A stretch of DNA of 64,000 bases. Source: Bacteroidales bacterium. GTDB taxonomy: Bacteria > Bacteroidota > Bacteroidia > Bacteroidales > VadinHA17. Of this stretch, positions 38,514 through 48,592 are shown piece after piece. Within the stretch, counting starts at the first letter, position 1. Every line of letters starts with the position of its first letter. Position numbers and translations under genes: made by a program. Under the pieces are notes generated by a model that worked only from the letters and a program-made list of their open reading frames with translations, was not told the DNA's origin and made no database searches. The stretch covers positions 2,227 through 66,226 of the forward strand of contig JBFYPG010000116.1 in NCBI GenBank assembly GCA_041303415.1, read 5' to 3'.

Positions 38514-39434
38514 ATGGAGATACTTGTAGCAACGGAAAAAGCTTTTTCGCCGGTCGCCATAAAGCAGATCCGCGAGGTGATCGATGCCGCTGGGTTTAAC
38601 CTGGCATTGCTGGAAAATTATACTGATAAGTCACAATTAATAGATGCCGTGAAGAATGCTGATGCCCTGATAGTAAGGAGCGACAAGGTCACCGCTGATG
38701 TGCTTGATGCGGCCAGACAGCTTAAAATAGTAGTCAGGGCAGGAGCTGGTTATGACAACCTCGACCTTCAGGCCTGCACTGCTCATAATGTTGTGGCCAT
38801 GAACACGCCGGGACAGAATTCAAATGCAGTTGCAGAACTGGTCTTTGAGCTCATGCTGTTCCAGATAAGAGGCGGATTCAGCGGGAAAACGGGAAGTGAG
38901 CTGAGAGGCAAGACCATGGGTTTGCATGGCTTCGGAAATGTTGGCAAATATGTAGCTGATATCGCCCGCGGATTCGGAATGGATCTCTATGCATACGATC
39001 CTTTTGTAAGCGAAAGGATCATGAAGAACAACAACGCCAAACAATGCGCATCTGTTGAAGAGATGTATGCAAAATGCCAGTACATATCAATGCATATGCC
39101 TCTTAATGATAAGACAAGGAAATCAGTCGGGTATGAACTGCTTCACAGGATGCCTCAGAACGGGGTACTGGTCAATACTGCCAGGAAGGAAGTTATTGAT
39201 GAGGAAGGACTCCTGAAAATCTTTGAAGAACGCAAGGATATATGTTATCTATCTGATATTGAGCCTGATTGTAAAAGCGTTTTTGAGGAGAAGCATAAGG
39301 GAAGATACATCTTTACTGCCAGGAAAATGGGTGCGCAGACCGAGGAGGCAAACGTCAATGCCGGAGTCGCAGCTGCCAGGCAGATAGTCGATTACTTCAA
39401 TAAGGGAATTGAAAAATACAGGTTGAACAAATAG
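38514..39434 (+). CDS. serA: D-3-phosphoglycerate dehydrogenase-like protein (short type, no ACT domain)
   Basis: RAGAGYDN, NTPGQNSNAVAE, GFGNVG and NTARKE motifs; sits in the serC operon. Confidence 0.85.
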   Translation: MEILVATEKAFSPVAIKQIREVIDAAGFNLALLENYTDKSQLIDAVKNADALIVRSDKVTADVLDAARQLKIVVRAGAGYDNLDLQACTAHNVVAMNTPGQNSNAVAELVFELMLFQIRGGFSGKTGSELRGKTMGLHGFGNVGKYVADIARGFGMDLYAYDPFVSERIMKNNNAKQCASVEEMYAKCQYISMHMPLNDKTRKSVGYELLHRMPQNGVLVNTARKEVIDEEGLLKIFEERKDICYLSDIEPDCKSVFEEKHKGRYIFTARKMGAQTEEANVNAGVAAARQIVDYFNKGIEKYRLNK

Positions 39435-39447
39435 TCATGGATTGCTT

Positions 39448-40698
39448 ATGGCAATAGTAAAACCATTCAGGGGGGTAAGGCCTCCCAGTGAGATAGCCAA
39501 AGACCTTGCCTGCCTGCCTTACGATGTGATGAACACTGAAGAAGCGAGGGAGATGGCGAAAGGCAAAGAGTGTTCACTTCTCCATATTACGCGGGCGGAG
39601 ATTGACCTTCCCCCCGACACCGATGTACATTCCGGGGAAGTATACAAAAGATCAAGGAATAACTTCACCCAATGGATGAAGAATGGCTGGCTTGTGCAGG
39701 ACGGTGATCCCCATTTCTATATCTACGCCCAGACCATGTCGGGACGAACCCAGTACGGAATTGCGGGTTGTGCATCGGTTGAAGATTACCTGACCGGGAA
39801 GATAAGGAAGCATGAGCTTACAAGACCCGACAAGGAGCAGGACAGAATGGTGCATATCCGCACCAATAACGCCAATATCGAGCCTGTTTTTCTTACTTAT
39901 CCTTCGGTAAGAGAGCTTGATACGATTGTCAGGAGAGTCGTAAAAAAGGAGAAGCCCGAATATGATTTTAAGGCCGAAGACGGATTTGGCCACCACTTCT
40001 GGGTGGTGCGCGATCGTGACATAAACAGGAGGATTGAGCAGATATTTGCAGAGAAGGTGCCATTTACCTATGTTGCTGACGGACACCACCGCACGGCAGC
40101 CGCTGCCCTGGTAGGCAGGGAGAGACGTGAAAACAATCCCGGGCATAAAGGGAATGAGGAATACAATTATTTCCTGGCCGTTCATTTCCCCGACGACCAG
40201 CTCAGGATTATAGATTACAACCGGACCATAAAGGATCTGAACGGACTTACTGCCGCAGAATTCCTTGCCAGGCTTGAAAAGGGTTTTTTGATTAAGAGCA
40301 AGGGGTCAAAGATCTATAAGCCGCGGAAGCTTCATAACTTTTCAATGTATCTCGAAGGCCAGTGGTACAGCCTTACAGCCAGAAAGGGAACTTTTAATGA
40401 CAATGACCCTGTCGGCATGCTCGATGTGACCATCCTGACCAGCCAGGTTCTTACGCCGATCCTCGACATCCAGGATCTCAGGAGATCAAAGCGGATTGAT
40501 TTTGTCGGAGGCATCCGGGGACTTAAGGAGCTCCATGGCAGGGTCGACAGCGGCGAAATGAAAGTGGCTTTCGCGTTATACCCGGTATCAATGAAACAGC
40601 TTATTTCTATTGCAGATACCGGGAATATAATGCCGCCCAAAACAACCTGGTTCGAACCTAAGCTCCGTAGCGGCCTTGTGATACATCTCCTTGAATGA
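39448..40698 (+). CDS. DUF1015 family protein (ParB/Srx-like ADGHHR motif)
   Basis: LPYDV, HELT, YVADGHHR and MPPKTTWFEPKLRSGL motifs. Confidence 0.9.
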   Translation: MAIVKPFRGVRPPSEIAKDLACLPYDVMNTEEAREMAKGKECSLLHITRAEIDLPPDTDVHSGEVYKRSRNNFTQWMKNGWLVQDGDPHFYIYAQTMSGRTQYGIAGCASVEDYLTGKIRKHELTRPDKEQDRMVHIRTNNANIEPVFLTYPSVRELDTIVRRVVKKEKPEYDFKAEDGFGHHFWVVRDRDINRRIEQIFAEKVPFTYVADGHHRTAAAALVGRERRENNPGHKGNEEYNYFLAVHFPDDQLRIIDYNRTIKDLNGLTAAEFLARLEKGFLIKSKGSKIYKPRKLHNFSMYLEGQWYSLTARKGTFNDNDPVGMLDVTILTSQVLTPILDIQDLRRSKRIDFVGGIRGLKELHGRVDSGEMKVAFALYPVSMKQLISIADTGNIMPPKTTWFEPKLRSGLVIHLLE

Positions 40699-41360
40699 CA
40701 GATATTGCCTCAAATATCATTTTCCTGAAACAGCAGATCCCTGCTTCTGTTAAAGTTGTTGCTGTTTCAAAAACTAAGTCTGCAGGTGAAATCCTTGAAG
40801 CCTATAATACGGGGCACAGGATATTCGCGGAGAACAGGGTGCAGGAACTCATTTCGAAGAAGAATAACCTGCCTGATGATATAGAATGGCATTTTATCGG
40901 TCATCTTCAGACAAATAAAGTCAAACTGGTTGTGGCGGTTGCCAGTATGATCGAATCTGTTGATTCCTTTAAACTGTTGAAGGTCATCAGCGGTGAAGCC
41001 ATGAAGTGCGGCAGGATTATTGACTGCCTTTTGCAGTTCCATATTGCAAGGGAGGAGACGAAATCGGGATTCAGCCTGGCTGAGGCAGAAGAAATGCTGC
41101 GGACGGAAGAATTCCGCCAGCTTCAGGAAGTAAGGGTGTGCGGCGTAATGGGAATGGCTACTTTCACTGACGATTCAGCACTGGTGCGAAACGAGTTCAG
41201 GAGCCTGTCTGATTATTTTAACAGGCTGAAAAAGGCATATTTCTCTGACCAGCCGTCATTTAAAGAAATATCCATGGGAATGTCGGGCGATTTCAGAATA
41301 GCTGTTGAGGAGGGGAGCACGATGATAAGGATCGGAAGTATTATATTTGGAAGCAGGTAA
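40695..41360 (+). CDS. yggS: PLP homeostasis protein YggS/PLPBP
   Basis: VAVSKTK, ENRVQE, WHFIGHLQTNK, SMGMSGD and RIGSIIFG motifs. Confidence 0.95.
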   Translation: MTDIASNIIFLKQQIPASVKVVAVSKTKSAGEILEAYNTGHRIFAENRVQELISKKNNLPDDIEWHFIGHLQTNKVKLVVAVASMIESVDSFKLLKVISGEAMKCGRIIDCLLQFHIAREETKSGFSLAEAEEMLRTEEFRQLQEVRVCGVMGMATFTDDSALVRNEFRSLSDYFNRLKKAYFSDQPSFKEISMGMSGDFRIAVEEGSTMIRIGSIIFGSR

Positions 41361-41364
41361 ATTA

Positions 41365-41399
41365 GTTATTGGTTATTGGTTATTGGTTATTGGTTATTA
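41365..41399. repeat. Tandem heptamer (GTTATTG)x5
   Basis: Counted directly; sits between yggS and the pyrD-like gene. Confidence 0.9.
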
Positions 41400-41423
41400 G
41401 TGTTGGGAAAAATAACTGGAAAG

Positions 41424-42401
41424 ATGGAAAGACTGGGTGTTAAATATCTTGGGATGGATCTGAGAAGCCCTCTGATCGTAAGCAGCAGCAGACTTACATC
41501 AACGCTTGGATCTCTTAAAGAAGCTGAGGACAGCGGAGCAGGAGCAGTAGTGCTTAAATCTCTCTTTGAGGAGCAGATAAATCATTATGTAAGCACATTC
41601 GACTCATCTTCCGGATATCCCGAAGCAGATGATTATCTCGCCAACTACCTGAGATCGAACTCGGTTGATGAATACCTCAGCCTGATAAGAAAAGCAAGGG
41701 AGATGCTTTCCATACCGGTGATTCCAAGCATTAACTGTTTTTCATCAGAAGGATGGACCGATTTTGCAAAAAACATTGCCGAAGCCGGCGCTGACGCCAT
41801 CGAGATCAATGTGTTCTTCCTGCCGGCCGACAGGAAAAAAACGTCTGCAGAGGCCGAAAAGGTATATCTCGAACTGATCGAGAAACTTAAAAAAACAATC
41901 AAGATCCCGATTGCAATCAAAATGGGATTCCGGTTCTCGAACATACTTTATATGATCGACCAGTTCTATATGAGGAAAGTTGAAGGGGTTGTGATGTTCA
42001 ACAGGTTCTATGAGCCTGATATAAATATCGATAAGATTGACATAGTGCCTGCTCCCGTGTTCAGCACTGAGAGCGAGAGAAGGCTGGTGCTCAGGTGGAT
42101 AGCTATGGCGAGTGCCCAGGACTTCAGGATTGATATCTCGGCATCCACAGGTGTTCACAGCGGAGCCGACGCAATAAGATATCTGCTTGCAGGGGCCCAT
42201 ACTGTGCAGGTTTGTTCAGTGTTGTATGAAAAAGGTCTTCCTTTTATCAAAGAAATGAACAAAAAGATTGAAAACTGGATGGATAAGAACGGTTTCGGTT
42301 CAATTGAGGCATTCAGGGGCAGACTGAACTACCGGAACTACAAGAAACCTGAGGTTTACGAAAGAACCCAGTTCATGAAGTATTTTTCGTCGGAGGACTA
42401 G
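41424..42401 (+). CDS. Dihydroorotate dehydrogenase-like flavoprotein
   Basis: GAGAVVLKSLFEEQI, MFNRFY, STGVHSG and LLAGA..VQVCS motifs; start refined to ATG 41424. Confidence 0.85.
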   Translation: MERLGVKYLGMDLRSPLIVSSSRLTSTLGSLKEAEDSGAGAVVLKSLFEEQINHYVSTFDSSSGYPEADDYLANYLRSNSVDEYLSLIRKAREMLSIPVIPSINCFSSEGWTDFAKNIAEAGADAIEINVFFLPADRKKTSAEAEKVYLELIEKLKKTIKIPIAIKMGFRFSNILYMIDQFYMRKVEGVVMFNRFYEPDINIDKIDIVPAPVFSTESERRLVLRWIAMASAQDFRIDISASTGVHSGADAIRYLLAGAHTVQVCSVLYEKGLPFIKEMNKKIENWMDKNGFGSIEAFRGRLNYRNYKKPEVYERTQFMKYFSSED

Positions 42402-42408
42402 CTTTAGT

Positions 42409-42924
42409 CTATCTTTTCAGTATCGAGATCAGTTCTTCGGTCAGCGCAAGCTTTTCGTTGGTAAACGAAAGGGGAGAGTCGCTCACGATCCTGATTATCT
42501 CATCTTTCCTTTCCCTGCTGCTGTTATTCATCGACTCCGAGATTACTGTCATGCACTCAACTGCTGTGGCATAATCGCTTTTCAGGAAAACTCTGGCAAG
42601 GTCGGTAAGATAATCCGAATAATCGAGTCCCGATTGCCAGAATGAGGATATTAACATGCTGATAGTGTTGGGTTTCCATGGCTTCCTTATCTCAGCTATT
42701 ACCTCCGGCCGCACAGAATTGTCCTTGATGTCATTAAAGAACTCCTCAATTACTTTCCTGAGAGGTAGGTTATCGGTTTCGTTGTAAAACGATGCCAGCA
42801 GGCTTATGACTCCCTCAAATGGCTCCTCCCCGCGCAGAAGCAGGACCGCCGCAATAATGGCCTCCTTATTCTTCCTGCCAAACATAGTGGTGAGCTCCTT
42901 CAGCTTCTTCTCTGATTTTATCAC
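42409..42924 (-). CDS. Hypothetical all-helical (HEAT-like) protein
   Basis: 171-aa amphipathic-helix ORF preceded by a -7 box. Confidence 0.7.
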   Translation of the reverse strand: MIKSEKKLKELTTMFGRKNKEAIIAAVLLLRGEEPFEGVISLLASFYNETDNLPLRKVIEEFFNDIKDNSVRPEVIAEIRKPWKPNTISMLISSFWQSGLDYSDYLTDLARVFLKSDYATAVECMTVISESMNNSSRERKDEIIRIVSDSPLSFTNEKLALTEELISILKR

Positions 42925-42940
42925 AATGTTAATTTTTTGG

Positions 42941-42948
42941 CAAAGTTA
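42941..42948 (-). promoter_or_regulatory. -7 box (TAACTTTG)
   Basis: TAnnTTTG 16 bp upstream of the 42924 start. Confidence 0.5.
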
Positions 42949-43042
42949 GAAATACGTCAATTACATGGCACTGTTTTTGAAAAATAAAAATAAAGTACTA
43001 ATTTAGTCGTGAATTACGTTTAGACAATTAAATCCTTTGATT

Positions 43043-43960
43043 ATGAATAGAAAGTACAGAATCAATTCAGGCATCTTGTTTGTATTAATACTTGCCCTGG
43101 GTTTTCTTACCGCCTGCAAGGGAGGGAAAAAAGCCCCCGAAGAAGATATCCCGGTTACTGTTCCGCAGGATAATGCAGCTATTTTGCAGGATATCAAGCA
43201 GGCTGAGAAGATATTCAACGCACTTCCGTCTCCTCTTGAATCGGCAATGCTCATTAAATCAGCCGGAGCCGAGTTCAAGGCAAATGTGCTGAATCCTGTT
43301 TCAAATGTTAATACCTATGTGACCAGCAAAGCCATGGCTATGAATCTCGGGATATACACCTGCGACCTCAGCTTTGCCAGCCTTTATGAGCAAACCCAGC
43401 TTCTGATCGACTATATGGAAGCAGCCAAGAAAATGGCTGACGGACTAGGTATCCTGGATGCAATAGACCAGGAAGATATTGACAATCTTGAAGAGAATAT
43501 CAACAACACCGAAGCCATTATGGAGATAGTTTCTCAAACCTTCATGAACTCAAATTCATACCTGGAGGATAACGGTCAGCCCGCAACTGCCGCAATGGTC
43601 CTTGTGGGCGGATGGATCGAAGGTCTTTATATCTCAACGCAGCTTGTTGATATGAAGGATTTTAACGGGAACAAGCTGGTGTCCAAGATCATTGACCAGA
43701 AACTTTCAATTGATATCCTCCGGAACCTCCTCGAAAGAAGCAAGGGAAACCCGGCAGTCGATGAACTGATACTTCAGGTAATTCAACTTAAAGCAGTTTT
43801 CGATAAGATCAATATAAATACTTCGCCTGTCAGACCGGAATATGACCCGGCAACAAATACCACCGTTCTTAAATCTCAGGTAAAAACCGACATGACTCCT
43901 GAAATATTTTTGGAACTTACGACTGTCACCGAACAGATCAGAAACTCATTCGTAAAATAA
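43043..43960 (+). CDS. Hypothetical helical lipoprotein
   Basis: Lipobox FLTAC; NLGIYTCDLSF and GGWIEGLY motifs. Confidence 0.8.
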   Translation: MNRKYRINSGILFVLILALGFLTACKGGKKAPEEDIPVTVPQDNAAILQDIKQAEKIFNALPSPLESAMLIKSAGAEFKANVLNPVSNVNTYVTSKAMAMNLGIYTCDLSFASLYEQTQLLIDYMEAAKKMADGLGILDAIDQEDIDNLEENINNTEAIMEIVSQTFMNSNSYLEDNGQPATAAMVLVGGWIEGLYISTQLVDMKDFNGNKLVSKIIDQKLSIDILRNLLERSKGNPAVDELILQVIQLKAVFDKININTSPVRPEYDPATNTTVLKSQVKTDMTPEIFLELTTVTEQIRNSFVK

Positions 43961-43966
43961 GAAGCC

Positions 43967-44416
43967 ATGAGACTACTAAAGACTATAACACTTGCTGTAT
44001 TTCTTATTTTTACCTTTAGCAGCTATTCTTATTCACAGTGCAAGGCATTTGCCAAGAAGGATTGTCTTCCGGAACTCACAAAATCCGGATTTACACATGA
44101 CGGGAACTACCATGCAGCGGTACTGATTGAGGGTGAAGAGGCTGAACTCTATAAGACATTCTATTCCGACATGGAATACAGGGTTGCAATTGTGGGAGAA
44201 GATAAGCTTCCGGCAATTGAATTCAGGATAATGGATACCAACAAGAATGTCCTGTATTCAAACAAAGACAAGGACTATGCGAATACCTGGGATTTCAGCC
44301 TTGAGGCAAGCCAGCAGCTGAAACTCGTCATAAAGGTTTCATCCTTCAACCAGGCCGGTGATACTCCCGCCAGCGGCTGTGTAGCCATAATGTTCGGATT
44401 TAAAATGAAGAAATAA
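43967..44416 (+). CDS. Hypothetical secreted beta-sandwich protein
   Basis: Signal peptide, three Cys, beta-rich; starts 6 bp downstream of the lipoprotein gene. Confidence 0.8.
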   Translation: MRLLKTITLAVFLIFTFSSYSYSQCKAFAKKDCLPELTKSGFTHDGNYHAAVLIEGEEAELYKTFYSDMEYRVAIVGEDKLPAIEFRIMDTNKNVLYSNKDKDYANTWDFSLEASQQLKLVIKVSSFNQAGDTPASGCVAIMFGFKMKK

Positions 44417-44439
44417 GGTATAGCAGTAAATATTATGAA

Positions 44440-44470
44440 AGGGACATTGCGTGCAATGTCCCTATTTTTT
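44440..44470. terminator. Bidirectional intrinsic terminator
   Basis: Perfect 11-bp stem AGGGACATTGC-GT-GCAATGTCCCT plus a T-run, between convergent genes. Confidence 0.8.
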
Positions 44471-47251
44471 TAGTTTCGGGGAAAGATATTTGCCTGTATG
44501 CGATTTTCTGTATTCAGCCAGGTCCTCCGGCTTGCCTTCAAAAACAACATATCCGCCCTCTTCTCCGCCTTCAGGACCGAGATCTATCACCCAGTCGCAG
44601 CTCTTTATAACCTCCTGGTTATGCTCAATGACTATTACCGAATGACCGTGGTCCACCAGGGCATTGAGGGATTTGAGAAGCTTGTTGATATCATGAAAAT
44701 GAAGCCCTGTTGTCGGTTCATCAAAGATAAAAAGGATGTGCCCGCTCTCCTTTTCCTGGCTGAGGAAATAGGCCAGCTTAACGCGCTGGCTCTCTCCTCC
44801 CGAGAGAGTGCTTGACGATTGCCCCATCTTTATGTAGCCCAGTCCCACATCGGAGAGGGGCTTTAACTTGTCAATTATCTTCTTTTCAGTCTTTCCGGGA
44901 TGAATGCCGAAGAATTCAATGGCATCATCGATGGTCATTTCAAGCATATCATAAATGCTCTTTCCGTGGTATTTTACCTCAAGGATCTCTTTTTTGAACC
45001 TCCTGCCCTTGCAGACTTCGCAGGTCAGCTCCACGTCGGCCATGAACTGCATTTCGACACGGATCACACCTTCTCCCTGGCACTCTTCGCATCTTCCACC
45101 CTCTATATTGAACGAGAAATTGGATGCCTTGAAGTTATTCTGGACCGATGCCTGGAGTTCTGAGTAAAGCTTCCTGATCTCGTCGTATGCCTTAAGATAT
45201 GTAACCGGGTTTGACCGGCTCGATCTGCCTATAGGGTTCTGATCCACCATCTCAACACCTGTGAGACCGGCAATATCGCCTTTTATCTCCCTGAAATGGC
45301 CCGGTTTCAGGTTATTGCCTGCGATCCTGTTAGACAGGTATCTGTAAAAAGTATCCGATACCAGGCTTGATTTTCCTGATCCGCTTACGCCGGTGACAGC
45401 TGTTATCGTGTGAAGAGGAAACTTCACATTGATGTTTTTGAGGTTGTTTTCCCTGGCACCCGCGACCTCAATATAGCTGTGCCACCTGCGCCTGGCGCGG
45501 GGTACTGGTACTTTCAGCCTCCCGCTGAGATAACCTGCTGTAAGAGATTGATTTGCAGATGAAATATCAAGTCCGCCGTTGTATACCACCTCACCTCCGA
45601 GCCTTCCTGCCTCAGTGCCCATATCCACAATGTAATCTGCTGCCCTGATGATCTCTTCCTCGTGCTCAACAACTATTACCGTATTGCCCATATCCCTTAG
45701 CTCCTTAAGCACTTTTATAAGAAGGTTTGTATCACGCGGATGAAGTCCGATACTCGGTTCATCCAGAATGTACATTGACCCGACAAGGTTGCTTCCGAGG
45801 GATGTCGACAGGTTAATCCTCTGTGATTCACCACCCGACAGGGTTGATGAGAGCCTGTCAAGCGTAAGGTAGGGTAATCCAACATCGATCAGAAGCCGGA
45901 GGCGGACCGTAATCTCTTTTAAAAGCCGTTCCGCAATGGCCATGTCATTCTCAGAGAGGCTTATATCGCTGAAAAATACGTATAGTCTGTCAACCGGCAT
46001 GAGTACCAGCTCCTGGATCGTCTTTCCGTCAACCTTTACATAACCGGCCTCCTTCCTGAGCCTTGATCCTTTGCATTCGGGGCATGTCGTTTTCCCACGA
46101 TAGCGGCTCAGCAATACCCGGTACTGGATCTTGAATTTCTTCTCCTCAAGGTGCTGAAAAAAACGGTTGAGTCCGTAGAAATACCTGTTGCCGCTCCAGA
46201 TTAGCGCTTTCTGCTGTTCGGTGAGCTGATAATATGGCTTATGCACGGGGAAATCAAAAAGTTCAGCACTGGCTGTAAGCCTCTCTTTCCATTTCTTCAT
46301 AGTCTCACCTTTCCAGCATGCGATCGCATCTTCATAAACCGAAAGGTTCTGGTCGGGTATGACCAGGTTTTCATCTATCCCGATGATCTTGCTGTATCCT
46401 TCGCAAACAGGGCAGGCGCCGATTGGATTATTGAAGCTGAAAAGGTATTCTGTCGGTTCCTCGAAAATTATCCCGTCGGCTTCAAACTTATTTGAGAAGC
46501 TCTCCCTCGTGAATCCGTTATTTTCCGGAATAACGACCTGGCAATAGCCTTGCCCGGTCTGAAATGCTGTCTGTGCAGAATCCGCCGCCCTGCTGAAATT
46601 TTCCGCGGAGTGGCTTATAACCAGGCGATCAATTATAATATTGACCCGGTCGCCTGACTTGAAATCATCCTTACTGGTGATCTCTTCTGTTCTTATCATC
46701 ACTCCGTCCGATTCGATGCGGTCGAAGCCCTGCTTGCTGAGAAATGAGAAATACTCTGATGCCCTTATATTGGCCGGGATCTCACCCGAAGCGGTGATTA
46801 TGACCATGGTGCCTTCGGGGAGGGATGCCAGGAAATTGACTATATCATCAACGCTGTGTTTCTTTACTTCTTTCCCCGAAACAGGGGAATAGGTGCGACC
46901 GATCCTGGCATAGAGAAGCCTTATGTAATCATATATCTCAGTTGATGTGCCTACCGTTGAGCGGGGATTGCGTGAATTAACTTTCTGCTCAATGGCAATG
47001 GCAGGAGGGATGCCGTTTATGAAGTCGACTTCCGGCTTGTTCATCCTTCCCAGGAACTGGCGCGCGTAAGCCGACAGGCTCTCAACATACCTGCGCTGTC
47101 CCTCGGCATAAATGGTGTCAAATGCCAGTGACGATTTCCCGGAGCCGGAGACCCCGGTGATCACAATAAGCTTGTTTCTTGGGATTTTAACACTGATATT
47201 CCTGAGATTATGAACCCTTGCCCCCCTGATTTCTATACTTCCGTTCATCAA
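44462..47251 (-). CDS. uvrA: Excinuclease ABC subunit A
   Basis: Two ABC ATPase modules (GVSGSGKSS twice, LSGGE twice) and CxxC zinc fingers. Confidence 0.96.
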   Translation of the reverse strand: MMNGSIEIRGARVHNLRNISVKIPRNKLIVITGVSGSGKSSLAFDTIYAEGQRRYVESLSAYARQFLGRMNKPEVDFINGIPPAIAIEQKVNSRNPRSTVGTSTEIYDYIRLLYARIGRTYSPVSGKEVKKHSVDDIVNFLASLPEGTMVIITASGEIPANIRASEYFSFLSKQGFDRIESDGVMIRTEEITSKDDFKSGDRVNIIIDRLVISHSAENFSRAADSAQTAFQTGQGYCQVVIPENNGFTRESFSNKFEADGIIFEEPTEYLFSFNNPIGACPVCEGYSKIIGIDENLVIPDQNLSVYEDAIACWKGETMKKWKERLTASAELFDFPVHKPYYQLTEQQKALIWSGNRYFYGLNRFFQHLEEKKFKIQYRVLLSRYRGKTTCPECKGSRLRKEAGYVKVDGKTIQELVLMPVDRLYVFFSDISLSENDMAIAERLLKEITVRLRLLIDVGLPYLTLDRLSSTLSGGESQRINLSTSLGSNLVGSMYILDEPSIGLHPRDTNLLIKVLKELRDMGNTVIVVEHEEEIIRAADYIVDMGTEAGRLGGEVVYNGGLDISSANQSLTAGYLSGRLKVPVPRARRRWHSYIEVAGARENNLKNINVKFPLHTITAVTGVSGSGKSSLVSDTFYRYLSNRIAGNNLKPGHFREIKGDIAGLTGVEMVDQNPIGRSSRSNPVTYLKAYDEIRKLYSELQASVQNNFKASNFSFNIEGGRCEECQGEGVIRVEMQFMADVELTCEVCKGRRFKKEILEVKYHGKSIYDMLEMTIDDAIEFFGIHPGKTEKKIIDKLKPLSDVGLGYIKMGQSSSTLSGGESQRVKLAYFLSQEKESGHILFIFDEPTTGLHFHDINKLLKSLNALVDHGHSVIVIEHNQEVIKSCDWVIDLGPEGGEEGGYVVFEGKPEDLAEYRKSHTGKYLSPKLKK

Positions 47252-47405
47252 TAATTTCCGGCTGTTAGTGTAAAAGTTTTGTTAAAATTCAAAAGTAATA
47301 CTTTACAATTAAAAAAAATTGTTTTCTTTTGTCATAAGTTTAACTCTAAAACAGGGAGGACTGCCTATTAAACAACTCTACTCTTGTTAACTAAAAGAGA
47401 GAGCT

Positions 47406-47993
47406 ATGAATAAAATTACTTCCGATTATGAACTGATACAAAGGTTCATAAAAGGCGAGCAGTCCTGCTTTGAACAGCTAATCCACCGTCATAAGAATAA
47501 GATATATTCGTATATAAGCCTTTATATTCGTGATCAGGCGCTTGCTGACGATCTTTTCCAGGATACATTCATGAAGGTGATCCAATCGGTTAGAGCCGGC
47601 AAATATTACGATAACGGCAAATTCCTCTCATGGGTGATGCGCATTGCACATAACCTGATAATTGACCACTTCAGGCGGGTGAAACAAATGAATACAGTCT
47701 CAAACGATGATTATGAGTCTGATATATTCAACTCGAAAAAGCTTGCTGATGCCACAGTTGAAGATGACATGATCAGGCGGCAGATACAGAAGGATATCAG
47801 GAAGATGATCAGCCTGCTTCCCGAGGATCAGCGGGAGGTGGTGATATTGCGCCATTATGCGGGACTGAGCTTCAAGGAGATCGCCGGGATAACCGATGTC
47901 AGCATCAATACAGCCCTGGGACGCATGCGATATGCCCTTATCAACATGCGGAAGCTCATGGAGGAGAAGAAGATAAGCCTGACATTAAACTGA
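47406..47993 (+). CDS. ECF RNA polymerase sigma-70 factor
   Basis: DLFQDTF, WVMRIAHN, LPEDQREV, SFKEIA and INTALGRMRYAL motifs. Confidence 0.93.
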   Translation: MNKITSDYELIQRFIKGEQSCFEQLIHRHKNKIYSYISLYIRDQALADDLFQDTFMKVIQSVRAGKYYDNGKFLSWVMRIAHNLIIDHFRRVKQMNTVSNDDYESDIFNSKKLADATVEDDMIRRQIQKDIRKMISLLPEDQREVVILRHYAGLSFKEIAGITDVSINTALGRMRYALINMRKLMEEKKISLTLN

Positions 47994-48078
47994 CCCCCCA
48001 CCCCCCCCTGAAGGGGGGCTATAAACCAATCTATAATGTAAATGGGTTTTAACCCCCCTTCAGGGGGGCTGGGGGGTC
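47991..48078. repeat. Family B element (no insert); its first three bases are the sigma stop codon
   Basis: TGACCCCCC..CTGAAGGGGGG CTATAAACC ... GGGTTTTAACCCCCCTTCAGGGGGG..GGGGGGTC. Confidence 0.85.
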
Positions 48079-48153
48079 GTTCCTTTAGCAGGACAGGGGT
48101 ATTTTATATTACTATACAATATTATATAAAGGCATTCGTTTTATCGAAAAACA

Positions 48154-48345
48154 ATGCCTATGGGTTTAAATTCTACTCCTTTCCTTTCATACCGCGATAT
48201 CAAAACTGACAACATTGACCTCTTCGAGGATGCATTCGGTATGCAGAGCCAGTTCAGCGATGTGATCGGTATCCTGAAACAGGTTCAGCCTGTTCCGGGG
48301 AAACAGCTTACACGCAGGCTGATCGAAAAGATCAGGAAGAAATAA
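48154..48345 (+). CDS. Small hypothetical protein downstream of the ECF sigma
   Basis: 63-aa ORF with an acidic centre and a basic amphipathic C-terminal helix. Confidence 0.5.
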   Translation: MPMGLNSTPFLSYRDIKTDNIDLFEDAFGMQSQFSDVIGILKQVQPVPGKQLTRRLIEKIRKK

Positions 48346-48353
48346 TGCCGGCG

Positions 48354-48381
48354 CACGACACACGACTCACGATTCACGACT
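48354..48381. repeat. Tandem heptamer CACGA(C/T)(A/T) x4
   Basis: cacgaca cacgact cacgatt cacgact. Confidence 0.85.
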
Positions 48382-48439
48382 TATGTCGTATGCCACGCGT
48401 ATGATTATTTTAACTGCTCCTTTTGTCCCCCAGGTTTCT

Positions 48440-48530
48440 TGTCATTCCTAATGAAGCGAGGAATCTTTTGCAATTATCACATAATCAGTTATATAATTGG
48501 GAATTTGTCTTTTTTTGAAAGATTTCTCCG
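48440..48530. repeat. Degenerate GTCATTCC..GAAGCGAGGAATCT / AGATTTCTC palindromic element
   Basis: Left arm 48440..48466; only AGATTTCTCCG remains of the right arm. Confidence 0.45.
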
Positions 48531-48560
48531 TTTTTTCTTGTTTATTTCAATTCAATATGA

Positions 48561-48568
48561 TATCTTTG
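48561..48568 (+). promoter_or_regulatory. -7 box (TATCTTTG) for SPFH-Arc
   Basis: TAnnTTTG 24 bp upstream of the ATG. Confidence 0.6.
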
Positions 48569-48592
48569 TGATATCATACTAATACTAATATT

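Noticed and set aside
39652-40185. 177-aa antisense ORF (and similar shadow ORFs opposite rpsA, guaA, clpB, uvrA and the 1499-aa gene)
   Set aside because: Antisense shadows of well-supported genes, expected at this GC content and codon bias.
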